DNA of 20,000 bases from Spirogloea muscicola (lineage: Eukaryota), in contig WELB01000002.1 of the NCBI GenBank assembly GCA_009602725.1, positions 251,228 to 271,227 on the forward strand. The letters are read 5' to 3'. Of this stretch, positions 1 to 9,919 are shown piece after piece. The notes under the pieces are model-generated. The model did no database searches, was not told the DNA's origin, and saw only the letters and a list, made by a program, of their open reading frames with translations. Made by a program: the position numbers and the translations under genes. The stretch's first letter is position 1. Each line of letters starts with the position of its first letter.

Positions 1-38
1 TCAGCGATGTGTTACTTACAAGTAGCAGCACTACATAC

Positions 39-3000
39 CTGTTACCCGCGAGGTTGAGATATCTCAGCTTGGCACAATCTCCAAAGTCAGATGGCAGGGG
101 ACCTGACAGACTGCAGCAGGAAGCCAAGGCCGCCCTCAGCCTTTTGTGACCTGAGTATGAGTGTGCTGAAGAGCACCCAGCAACAGGAGCAGAGCTCTGT
201 GACAACAAAGATGTGGCATGAGAATTTTGAGAACATATATCTGGCTCTTCTAAGGTAGCAGTGGCCGTTAACGAACAGTCCTAGAGAAGGAGACCGGATG
301 ACTGACCTACAATACGCGGCGGAGAAGTACTGCAGCTCTTGCAAGTTGCCAACTGTGCTTGGTATCGGACCAGAGAATCTGCAACAGATCATACCGTTCT
401 CACTGAGGCCTCTGACAATATCCAGTCAGATTCTTCAGTCTTTTGAAGTAAGCAAAGCTAGAGGTGAATGTGGAAGACAAAGGGTAGGGAGAGCACGTGG
501 CCTCACCTGTTGTTACTCAAGAATACCGAGGTGAGATTTGTGCAGTCCCCTAATGCTGCTGGAAGTGGGCCCGAAAACCTTGGCCAAAAAGGAGTCACAT
601 TGACAGATTACCAATTTGGCATGGCAATACAAGAGAGCAATGCAACCTCTTCATGGCAACCGCCAAAAGAAGCATGAGAAGGGTGGGAACAATGACAGCC
701 AGCCCATGTGACCTCACCCATTGTACTCGAGGAAGAGACCAATCAATCTGTTACCCAGGCCACATAGTTCAGGAGGAAGCATGCCTTCCAACCTGGAGGG
801 ACCATGTCATCAGCAGATGGCATTTGCTACCGAGGGATGATCCAGCTGCTTTGATCAAGGCTGCATGATGCAAACTTTCACTGTGTGTGATGTTTACTAC
901 AGGGAAATTGAGCTGATGACACCTATTAAACAAAAACATGCATCTACAGAGGTCTATCAGGAACATACAAATTATTGCCGAGGCTCAAACCGATCAGGGA
1001 GGTCCTTCCCAGCTCAGCAGGGATAGTGCCTGTCAGGCTGAACAAATACAGAGGACATCACTATCACATCATCACTGTAATAGCACAGCGCTACTCATAC
1101 GGCACAGCGCTTGCAACATCTGCACCATGAGGGGCTTCAGGGTCTTGGCAATGCCAATAATAGCATGATTTGCCTGTGCTAGATCAAACAGTGCAACCGA
1201 GAAGTCAGCATGTTCTGCAAGAAGGTTGCATACTTGTTATTGTATGCGTAGAAGATTGTGAGATTGACTAGTTGACCAAATTCCTTCGGGATAGGTCCTG
1301 TCAGACTGAGAACCCACAATGCCACACAAGCAAACACGTCACAATTGCAGCCTCAGGAAGCAAATAGTGCAGCAAGCTGGCAACAAGACTGGCAACTTAA
1401 TGTCACAGTGGCTAACAATCTGCAAGCATTTACCTGTTGTTGTAGACATTGAGGAACTCAATCCGGGTCATCGCAAGCTCCACAGGCATGACCCCAACCA
1501 ACCTAGACCAGCGTCAAGCAATGTCAAAGAGCAACTCTACTGAAGAAAGCCAAGGAGATAACACAGGAAAGAAGGTCTAGCTACAGTGTTGTGTCATCCT
1601 CCTCTACCAAGATGGATGCTGCAAAGCCACCAGACCACGCAGACTAAGCAGAGTGACCAATAGTCTTCTATGCTCTGCAGCACACCTGTTGAAAGAGACG
1701 TCGAGAGTAAGAAGCTGCGAGCAATTCCCGAGCGCAGATGGTATGTTTCCTGACAGCCTGCACAGGAAGGTTAATCACCAATGTATGCAAGCCACCGTGA
1801 CCTTGCAGTGTATCCAAAGTGACCATTAGTCTTTCATGCTCTACAGCGCACCTGTTTAAGGAGACGTTGAGACCAAGGAGCTGCGAGCAATTTCCGAGCT
1901 CAGATGGTATGCTTCCTGATAGCCTGGACAGGAAGGATAGTCACCAATGTTTGCAAGAAGTGTTACAGCTGGCAGTAAGTGGCAAGTTGCATGTCCTAGC
2001 CCCTGCATGCCTTCACTTCATTGCTGACGACAGCAAAGTGCAATGGTAGTAGGTGCAGCCGCACAATGAATATCTGGAGAGATGACAGCACCAAAGTGAC
2101 ATATCCCATTTTACATGGCTCTTCACAAAAGAGATGTCTGACGACATAAAGAGGCCCCAATCCTGAGGCTACCTCAGGATGTGCCTTCCTTCAACAATTA
2201 TACTTACTGATTGTCTGCGAGTGACAAATACTGGAGGACCTGGTTCTGGCCAAGCTGAGAAGGAATATGTCCTGTGAGCCTGACATCAGTAGCAGAGACT
2301 TTCCTTGAGCAACCAGCCAGCTGGTTGCTCTAGCTGCCTTGTGTTATCAGCTATTGACACTGCACTGTACGCGTCGGCAGTATCATTGGAATTGGAGACG
2401 AGATGGAGAAGCAGAATTCGCAGCAGTCAGCCTACAAATTCACCAACTCCTCAGACAACCAATGATCCTGGCAACCCACCTATTGGAGTCCAAGTATAGT
2501 TTTTGGAGGCTCCGAGATTCTCCAAATTCACCCGGCACTTGTCCCGTGAGCCTGCACATGTGGCCTTGTCAGAACCCAACTCATGGAGTGGAAGCGGCAT
2601 GAGCAGAGGGCAGTGTGCCCATCACGACTTCCACAACCACATCTCCATCCTGAGAACAGAGTTCTACAGGGACCTGTTGCTCGTCAAAAACAGCAACTCC
2701 AGGAGCGGAAGCCCAGCCAGACCGAGAGGTATGGCTCCTGTAAATCTGCACAACGAAAGGTGACATTGTGGGCGCTCCCTAGAATGTCAACACAATCAAG
2801 GCCATTGCACCAGGCTGCAAGAACCTCGACAGTTGACGGAGCTTCATAGAAGCTTGACTTCATAGCACTGCCAGGCTCAATCGAGGCTTCAGAAGCTTGT
2901 CTAGCTTGCTTAAAAGCTTGGCGATTGATAGTCATGCAGAGCAGACTGGCTGTTATTGTTGCGAACAGTGTACAGTGTCTCCAGCATGCAAAGTTGGTGT

Positions 3001-4259
3001 GCGTTCAGTACGTGTTATTGGAGAGGTCGAGGCCCTGGATGGCGGAGAGGTTCCCGAGCTCCTCTGGTAGAGGACCTGACAGCCTGCCGAAGTACAAGAA
3101 GACTGAGAGCTCGACCCAGTAGATGGCTCTTGAAGTCGCAATTCTGTGACGAAGTGCTGCCGCCTCGTCGGCTAAACGTTGTACCACAGTCATAACGGCC
3201 TTGCCTCAGGGAGGCTACACTACCAATCAGCCAAGCAACTTCACTGTGGACTCAGGCCCCCCAGGAGATGTGATATCGAGAAAAGGTGGAGGCTCACGTT
3301 TTCTTTGTAAACAGGTTGTGAGATGCGAATCGAGCAACTTAGGTATGCTAACCTGTTGTTTCCGAGGAGGAGGAATCGAAGAATAAAGAGACTGCCCAGC
3401 GCCGCTGGGATGGGCCCCGTGAGCAGATTGTCATTTAAGAGTATGAACTGGAGGCTGTCAATGTTGCCGAGCTCCGGTGCCAGCGTGCCTTTCAGCAGCA
3501 TAGAAGATACATTGAGCTCAATCACTTGCCTGCACATGGACATCAGTGGCCAGCTGTGCAGGAAGCTGAGCTTACTGAAGGCTTGACCCCAAGCAGAGCT
3601 TCCCAGTGAGCTTGCAACGACGCTGCTCTTACACAAGCCCTCCGCCGAGCAAGCCCAGGCAGCCATTGCCGTTGGTCCTGGCGAGAGGCCGCAAAGGCTG
3701 CGGCCCTTGCATGGCCACAACCTCAACAGCAGCTGCCGCCAGGGCTACCAAGCTTGTGCCGGTCGCTTGACACGTTGCAAGGCCAGCTCCCGCTTTAACT
3801 GGGCAATGGTCAAAGCTCTTGCCTGTGGCCGCCAGGTGCTATGGCATTGCACACAACGCCGTACCAGCCGCACGGTGTGAGGTCGGCTGGGCGCCAATTG
3901 GCAAGCGCGCCAAATGGGTCACTGGTTATGCCGGCCTTGAAGGCCAGCAGCCAGGCCTTGTCGGAGCTGCGGAATGGAACGATGGTAGTCAGCGGGCGGG
4001 GCTGTTGGAGGCCACACACCACGGGCATGGCGATGGAATGCATGCTACCGCAGAAGCCCAGCGGCAAATGTGGCAGATAAGAATGCGGCTGCGGATATCA
4101 AAAGAGCGGCTGTAAAAGCCAGCCAGATGCATTCAGAGGGTAAGAGGGTGACAGGTTACGAGCGAGGACTGCTCACGCGAGGCCGCCGGCGGTGAAGCCG
4201 ACACAAGTCAGCATAGCGACCGCAACAAGCAGGGGGGCGGCGGCTGCCATGGCTGCCAT
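39..4259 (-). CDS. Plant-type extracellular LRR receptor-like protein or kinase, 5' portion; the gene continues past the left edge and no TM or kinase domain is in the window
   Basis: Exons (minus): 4259-4177 signal peptide MAAMAAAAPLLVAVAMLTCVGFTAGGLA; 3966-3823 LRRNT cap (SDKAWLLAFKAGITSDPFGALANW...PCGWYGVVC); 3529-3353 (about two LRRs); then single-LRR exons 3083-3012, 2745-2674, 2551-2480, 2279-2208, 1923-1852, 1757-1686, 1502-1434, 1305-1234, 1037-969, 792-718, 578-507, 378-307, 110-39. These are 72 nt (two of 69, one of 75), all phase 2, and match the plant LRR consensus LxGxIPxxLGxLxxLxxLxLxxN. Introns are GT-AG except intron 2 (GC donor at 3822). Confidence 0.93.
1652..1957. repeat. 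Recent tandem duplication of one LRR exon plus flanking intron (period 166 bp)
   Basis: 1652-1791 aligns with 1818-1957, including intronic flanks (gtgaccaatagtcttctatgctctgcagcacac vs gtgaccattagtctttcatgctctacagcgcac). Encoded LRRs are LSGNIPSALGNCSQLLTLDVSFN and LSGSIPSELGNCSQLLGLNVSLN. Confidence 0.9.
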
Positions 4260-4469
4260 GCTCGACGGTCGCGGCTACGCAGGCTGTGCTGCTATAAGGG
4301 CCCCCCCAGCCGGCAGCTGGGCAGAGGCGCTGCCGGAGGCTCGCCACGGCGGGGCCGCGGTTGTCCTCCCAGGCGGCGAGCGTGGTCTACGTTAAAAAGG
4401 GAGAGAAGTTTTCCGAGAGAAGTCAAGACAAGGCGAAGAAAAGTCGGAGAAGAGGAAGCTCTTCCAAGG

Positions 4470-5157
4470 AAGAAAGTGGCTCGCCCTAAGAAAAAAGGGG
4501 GCCAGCAAAGCCAGCGCAGAAAGAATGGACAATATTCGAAAGTCAAAGAAAGAAAAAACACACAGCTAGGCAAGAAGACACAACGAAACCACAGGAAGCT
4601 CAATACCCACGGGTGAGCAACATCAGGTCAGAGTAGCTCGACGCCGGAAAAGAAGAAGTGGCACTCTCAATGGGGGCAAGGGCTGCGAAAAGCCAGCCCA
4701 AAAAGAATTCAAAAAGGTTCAGAGGGGCCTAAGAGCGGTGAGCAGCTACAAAGGGGCCTGAGGATGCAATGGTAAAACAGGGGGAGGATGGATCACTCAA
4801 TAAGTACGAGTGAGGAGCCTCAGATCCGACAGACTAGCTGCCGGGAAGCTATCACCCTGACGAAAGCCAGAGCCCGCAGCTAGAGCACGGCCAGCTCGCA
4901 GATGCAGAGCGTGGGCCATGGACCGCTGCAGGGATACAGAGAGGCGCATCCGATATACCTGAGCCCACGAGCCCGCGGCGTTGAAGTCGGCTGGCTCGCC
5001 GCGTCTGCGGGACACAGCCCGCCGCGCAAGCCTAGCCAATAGGTCAAGCCACTGGGACCCAAGAGCCCCGTGCACGTCCACCGCCAAGGGGACGAACTCG
5101 TCGGCAGGTGGGTGATGCCGGAAAAGATGCATTCAGACGCGACCCAGAAGCGGCCAA
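4470..5157 (-). mobile_element. CRE-like 3' end, subfamily A (ends LTRGY), split by a subfamily B insertion
   Basis: AASGSRLNASFPA at 5157-5117 resumes at 4653 with SSYSDLMLLTRGY*, followed by the 3' UTR and tail. Confidence 0.75.
4654..5116 (-). mobile_element. CRE-like 3' end, subfamily B (ends LTRTY), nested, 11-bp TSD
   Basis: ORF 4797..5132 HPPADEFVPLAVDVHGALG...SLSDLRLLTRTY. Flanked by GCCGGAAAAGA at 4643-4653 and 5117-5127. Confidence 0.85.
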
Positions 5158-5295
5158 GGGGACGAAGGTTGTGAAAAGAAAGAGCTCGCCCATAAGAAAG
5201 AGGGGCTGGCAAAGCCAGCCCAAAAAGAATGGACAATGTCCAAAGCCAAAGAAAGAGGTGCCGAAAAAGAAGAAAGAGCTCGCCCATTGAGGATA

Positions 5296-5998
5296 AGAAA
5301 AGAAAGTGCTCGCCCATAGAAAAAGGGGGCAAGCAAAGCCAGCCCGGAAAGAATGGACAATGTCCGAAAGCCAAAGAAAGAAAAATCACACAGCTAGGCA
5401 GCTAGACAAGAAGACCGACGAAACCACAGGAAGCTCAATACCCACGGGTGAGCAACATCAGGTCAGATTAGCTCGACGCAGGAAAAGATGCATTCAGACG
5501 CGACCCAGAAGCAGCCGCGATAGCGCGACCTGCACGCGAGTGGACGGCATGAGCAAGAGAACGCTGGAAGAAAGAAGTGGCACTCCCAATGGGGGCAAAG
5601 GCTGCGAAAAGCCAGCCCAAAAAGAATTCACAAAGGTTCAGAGGGGCCTAAGAGCGGTGAGCAGCTACAAAGGGGCCTGAGGATGCAATGGTAAAACAGG
5701 GGGAGGATGGATCACTCAATAAGTACGAGTGAGGAGCCTCAGATCCGACAGACTAGCGGCCGGGAAGCTATCACCCTGACGAAAGCCAGAGCCCGCAGCG
5801 AGAGCACGGCCAGCTCGCAGATGCAGAGCGTGGGCCATGGACCGCTGCAGGGATACAGAGAGGCGCATCCGATATACCTGAGCCCACGAGCCCGCGGCGT
5901 TGAAGTCGGCTGGCTCGCCGCGTCTGGAGGGACACGGAGAGCCGCATCCGAAAGACCTGGGCCAGGGAGCCGGCCGCATTGGAGCCGGCCGCATTGAA
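5296..5998 (-). mobile_element. CRE-like 3' end, subfamily A, inserted in the C UTR (7-bp TSD) and itself hosting a B copy
   Basis: FNAAGSLAQVFRMRLSVSLQ (5998-5924) resumes at 5568 as RSLAHAVHSRAG...LTRGY. TSD GAGGATA at 5289-5295 and 5999-6005. Confidence 0.78.
5569..5923 (-). mobile_element. CRE-like 3' end, subfamily B, innermost layer (5-bp TSD)
   Basis: RRGEPADFNAAGSWAQVYRMRL...LTRTY*, near-identical to 4654-5005. TSD CTGGA at 5564-5568 and 5924-5928. Confidence 0.82.
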
Positions 5999-6066
5999 GA
6001 GGATAGGGGCTGGAACAGCCAGCCCAACAAAGAATGGACAAAGTACGAGAAGGGAGCCAGGGGAAG

Positions 6067-6380
6067 AAGTGGCACTCACACAAGAAAGAAAGAAAGTGCT
6101 CGCCCATAGAAAAAGGGGGCCAGCAAAGCCAGCCCGGAATGAATGGACAATGTCCAAAAGCCAAAGAAAGAAAAATCACACAGCTAGGCAGCTAGACAAG
6201 AAGACACGACGAAACCACAGGAAGCTCAATACCCACGGGTGAGCAACATCAGGTCGGAGTAGCTCGACGCCGGAAAAGATGCATTCAGACGCGACCCAGA
6301 AGCAGCCGCGATAGCGCGACCTGCACGCGAGTGGACGGCATGAGCAAGAAAACGCTGGAGGGACACGGAGAGCCGCATCC
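6067..6380 (-). mobile_element. CRE-like 3' end, subfamily A, inserted in the C UTR (7-bp TSD)
   Basis: RMRLSVSLQRFLAHAVHSRAG...SYSDLMLLTRGY*. TSD GGGGAAG at 6060-6066 and 6381-6387. Confidence 0.82.
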
Positions 6381-6462
6381 GGGGAAGGGCTAAGAAAAGA
6401 GAAAGTAAAACAAGCACAAGAAGAAACAAAGCAATTACGAATCACTCAGTAACCCCTGCTGA

Positions 6463-6747
6463 TGCGCCTGGCAGTATTGTTCCAACGTTCCCTTGCCCTC
6501 GCAGTCCACACGCGCGCCGGACGCGCTCTGGCCGCCGCCTCCGGGTCTCGGCGGAGCGCCTCCTTCCCCGCATTGAGCTATTCTGACCTGCTGTTGCTCA
6601 CTCGTGGGTATTGAGCTTCCCTAGTGTGATGTTGTGTTTGGTAGCGTAGTCCATCTTCGGCATCTTTTACTTTGGCTTTGGACATTGTCCATTCTTTTCG
6701 GGCTGGCTTTGCCAGCCCCTCTTCTCTGTGGGTGAGCCCTTTCTCTC
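6463..6747 (+). mobile_element. CRE-like 3' end, subfamily D, inserted antisense into the C coding end (5-bp TSD)
   Basis: RLAVLFQRSLALAVHTRAGRALAAASGSRRSASFPALSYSDLLLLTRGY* on the plus strand. Perfect hairpin at 6700-6718. TSD GCTGA at 6458-6462 and 6748-6752. Confidence 0.82.
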
Positions 6748-7232
6748 GCTGAGCAGCCGCAGCAGAGATGCTAGGGTCCTGGAAGTGGGTCCCCTGGACA
6801 GAGCCAGAGGCAGCAGCTAGGGCTCTTCCGGCACGAAGGTGCAGCGCACGGGCCATGGACTTCTGCAGCGAGACGGCCAGGCGCATGCGATACACTTGTG
6901 CCAGCGACCCGGCTGCAGGAAAGTCTACCGGCTCACCATGGAAGCGACGGGCGATTGCGTGGCGGGCGAGCTGGTTAAGTAGCTCAAGCCACCGAGCGCC
7001 CAGTGCCCCATGGATGTCAATTGCCACCGGGAAGAACTCGTCTTCCAGCGGATGGTCGGCGTACTTGATCTCTTTTGCCCGAGCGGCGCAGGCGACCGCA
7101 TACCCGGAAAAGGACTACACTACCAAGCACGACAACGCACCAGGGAAGCTCAGTACCCGCGAGTGAGCGAGTGAGCAACATCAGGTCGGAGTAGCTCGTT
7201 GCAGGGAAGGAGGCACTTCGCCGAGACCCAGA

Positions 7233-7850
7233 GAGGAGAGGAGAAGAAGGGCTCGCCCATTGAAAATATGGGCTGGAACAGCCAGCCCAAAAAAGAATGA
7301 ACAGAGTACAAGAAGAGGGGGGGGGAAGCCAGGCGAAGCCCTAAGGCGAAGCAGCAGAAATGACAAGCACACAAGAAAAAACAAAGCAGCTATTAACCAC
7401 TCAGTAACCCCTGCTAAGCAGGCGCAGGTCGGAGAGGCTATGCTCCTGGAAGTATGTCCCCTGGCCAGAGGCAGCAGCAAGGGCTCGGCCAGCACGCAGG
7501 TGCAGCGCACGGGCCATGGACCTCTGCAGCGAGACGGCCAGGCGCATGCGATACACCTGGGCCAACGACCCGGCGGCGGGGAAGTCCACCGGCTCCCCAT
7601 GGAAGCGGCGGGCAACGGCGTGACGAGCAACTTGGTGGAGCAGTTCGAGCCACCGAGCACCCAACGCCCCATGGGTGTCGATAGCCAGAGGGAAGAACGC
7701 GTCGGCTGGCGGATGGTCGGCGTACTTGGTCACCTTTGCGCGAGCGGCGCCTTCGACCGCATACCCAGCCTGGGTGGCACACTGGACTGGGTGGGAGCGG
7801 TCGAAGGCGTCGGTGGTCACCACGTCCAGGAGAAGACAGAGGCGGCTGTG
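7233..7850 (-). mobile_element. CRE-like 3' end, subfamily C, uninterrupted, with most of the RLE domain
   Basis: ORF 7401..8027: LLLDVVTTDAFD...AARAKVTKYADHPPADAFFPLAIDTHGALG...SLSDLRLLSRGY*, followed by the UTR hairpin at 7270-7288 and the tail. Confidence 0.85.
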
Positions 7851-7854
7851 AAAA

Positions 7855-8145
7855 GAACGGCACAGCCGTTCCAAATGTCCCTTCCGTTCCTTGTATTGGG
7901 CTGGCCAATCACAGCCATCGCCCACTACTAGAAGAGAGACAACAAGCGCGGCCAGATTGACTGGTGGCTGGGAGAGGCCAGCCCAAAAGAAATCAAGCGC
8001 GGCCAGACTGACGGGTGGCCAGCCCAAAAGGAATGGACAAGGACAGAAGAAGCCTGGGTGCTAAGTGCTAAGACAGCAGCAAGGGGACTCTCAGTAACCT
8101 CTAGTCAGAACATGCAAGTCTGAATAGCTAGACGGCGGAAAGACA
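7855..8145 (-). mobile_element. CRE-like 3' end, divergent subfamily E, with an internally duplicated UTR
   Basis: FPPSSYSDLHVLTRGY* at about 8143-8092, then TTGTCCATTCCTTTTGGGCTGGCC with a repeated tttgggctggcc...ctggccgcgcttg segment. Confidence 0.65.
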
Positions 8146-8286
8146 ACAGAGAACAGCGCGTCCAAAGTGACTGGTGGCTGTGAGAAGAAGTAGCTCTTTC
8201 AATGGGGGCAGGGGCTGTGAGAGGCCAGCGCAATAAAAGAAGAGGGGCTAGCAAAGCCAGTCCAGAAAAGAATGGACAATGTCCGC

Positions 8287-8560
8287 AGGCCTCATGCCGT
8301 CCACTTGTGCGCAGGCCGCGCAATCGCGGCTGCTTCTGTTGTTTGTTCTGGGTCGCGTCTGATTGCTTCTTTTCCAGCTTCGAGCTATTCTGACCTGATG
8401 TTGCTCACCCGCGGGTATAGAGCTTCCTGTGGTTTCGTCGTGTCTTCTTGTCTAGATGCCTAGCTGTGCGTTTCTTCGCTCTTTGGCTTTTGGACTAGTC
8501 CATTCTTTCTGGGCTGGCTTTGCTAGCCCCCTCCTTCTCTATGGGCGAGCACTTTCTTCT
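8287..8560 (+). mobile_element. Degenerate subfamily A 3' end inserted antisense into another copy's 3' UTR (host about 8150-8620, minus strand)
   Basis: HAVHLCAGRAIAAAS...SYSDLMLLTRGY, hairpin at 8511-8529, tail at about 8550-8560. The host UTR ggcttt|cggacattgtcc is split across it. No clear TSD. Confidence 0.7.
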
Positions 8561-8644
8561 AAAGCCACAAAGAGTGCCCGGAAAGACAAAACTACACACC
8601 ACGACACGAAAGGATGGACCAAGCGAGTGGACAAGGTCTGGAGG

Positions 8645-8965
8645 GGCCGTGTAGAGATCTACATACTAAACACGTCACTTAAAGAGAGAAGTCCTCAATC
8701 AGTTGGAGCCAGTGAAGCCCCAGGGGCAGCCATGCCGCTGCTCGCCGCCGCAGCAGCCGCCGCACTGCTGCGGGCCTGCTGCGGGGCGCCCGTCGCTGTG
8801 CCCGTCAAGGGCCAGTCGCTGGTCTGCGCCCAGGAGGTGGAGTCGCCGCCGGACGGCGGCGCCACAGGGCCAGTCTTCCGCTGCGCATTGCGCTAGTGCT
8901 TCCTGGTGTAGTGGGTTGGCTCCTAAACCCAGTATGTTCGAACTCAACGACGACTTCTCTCTTTA
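8645..8965. mobile_element. MITE-like TIR element, copy 1, with a GC-rich interior
   Basis: Inverted repeats at 8680-8711 (17-bp internal deletion) and 8917-8965. The interior matches the reverse complement of 9969-10173. The outer 8645-8679 matches the reverse complement of 10223-10256. Confidence 0.7.
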
Positions 8966-9348
8966 TCCGGCGATGGAGGTGTCTGGGATCATGCCAATCT
9001 CCTCAAGGCGCGGCAAGCCATACGTGCGGCGTCTGGACGTGGTCGCTACCCCGCGGGGCGGTGGGCCTCGTCTGCTCTTGGACGTGGTACTGATCGACGC
9101 ATACAAGGCTGGCGCACCAACGTCAACCGTGTCTGGCTGGGCCACGTCCAGCGCGGAGCGCAAGAAGGAGCGGCACTACCATGATCATCCTCGAGGGGAC
9201 CATCTTTACCCGTGTGCCATGGATATCTATGGAGGCTACGGCGTGAAATGGTCCTCCCTGATCCAGCATCTGGCCCGGCTGGTTGATGCGCGTCGTCGAA
9301 GTCGGGGGGGCAGCTTGGGCCACTCCAGCATTCCGCAGGCCTTAGTTG
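8966..9348 (+). mobile_element. CRE-like subfamily F fragment containing the RLE catalytic motifs, running into the gap
   Basis: MEVSG...RRLDVVATPRGGGPRLLLDVVLID...AERKKERHY...LYPCAMDIYGGYG, matching the E...R.D...D...E..K...Y pattern. Confidence 0.8.
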
Positions 9349-9616
9349 NNNNNNNNNNNNNNNNNNNNNNNNNNNNNNNNNNNNNNNNNNNNNNNNNNNN
9401 NNNNNNNNNNNNNNNNNNNNNNNNNNNNNNNNNNNNNNNNNNNNNNNNNNNNNNNNNNNNNNNNNNNNNNNNNNNNNNNNNNNNNNNNNNNNNNNNNNNN
9501 NNNNNNNNNNNNNNNNNNNNNNNNNNNNNNNNNNNNNNNNNNNNNNNNNNNNNNNNNNNNNNNNNNNNNNNNNNNNNNNNNNNNNNNNNNNNNNNNNNNN
9601 NNNNNNNNNNNNNNNN
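9349..9616. other. Assembly gap (N run)
   Basis: Run of N characters. Confidence 1.
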
Positions 9617-9919
9617 AAGGTACCTAAGATGACATTAGTACCCACGGGTGAGCACAAACAAATCTGACAAGCTAACTTGGGGAGCTGGAGCGCCGCCACG
9701 AAAGCCGGAGGCCTGACTTAGAGCGCGCCCTGCACGTTGATGAAGAGCCAATGCTTGCGAGCGCTGCAAACTAAGCGAGAGCCGCATTCTATAATATGCA
9801 ACTAAGGCCTGCGGAATGCTGGAGTGGCCCAAGCTGCCCCCCCGACTTCGACGACGCGCATCAACCAGCCGGGCCAGATGCTGGATCAGGGAGGACCATT
9901 TCACGCACAACGCACACGG
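9617..9919 (-). mobile_element. CRE-like subfamily F 3' end, inverted relative to 8966-9348
   Basis: VKWSSLIQHLARLV...YYRMRLSLSLQRSQALALHQRAG...SLSDLFVLTRGY*. 9799-9906 is the exact reverse complement of 9241-9348. Confidence 0.85.

Larger units (their letters stand above)
5270..7103 (-). mobile_element. CRE-like 3' end, subfamily C (ends LSRGY), interrupted by three later insertions
   Basis: YAVACAARAKEIKYADHPLEDEFFPVAIDIHG... at 7103-6750; SRGY* plus UTR at 6460-6381; UTR hairpin at 6063-5999; tail at 5288-5270. Collinear with the uninterrupted C copy at 7233-7850. Flanks CCGAAAAAG (5261-5269) and CCGGAAAAG (7104-7112), one mismatch. Confidence 0.78.
5172..7232 (-). mobile_element. CRE-like 3' end, subfamily D, outermost host of the four-layer nest
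   Basis: The coding end (SGSRRSASFPATSYSDLMLLTR) and UTR start lie at 7232-7104. The UTR resumes at 5269-5172. It is homologous to the intact D copy at 6463-6747. Confidence 0.7.

Noticed and set aside
4292..6242. Phe/Leu-rich and Lys/Arg-rich ORFs resembling membrane or basic proteins
   Set aside because: Translations of the pyrimidine-rich retroelement UTRs and their complements.
4470..8620. Recurring hairpin repeats with variable intervening sequence, superficially like a CRISPR or attC cassette array
   Set aside because: The intervening sequences are homologous RLE-coding 3' ends, spacing is irregular, TSDs show nested retrotransposition, the context is eukaryotic, and no cas or integrase gene is present.
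8904..8945. Pol III A-box (TGGTGTAGTGG) and B-box (GTTCGAACTC) just upstream of a CRE 3' end, suggesting a tRNA-derived SINE
   Set aside because: Start-to-start spacing is 32 nt versus about 45 in tRNAs, no cloverleaf is evident, the B-box is part of the TIR, and it is degenerate in copy 2.
8703..9699. Long ORFs of 309 aa and 217 aa in the ORF track
   Set aside because: Artefacts of translating through the N-gap and across the TIR-CRE junction.
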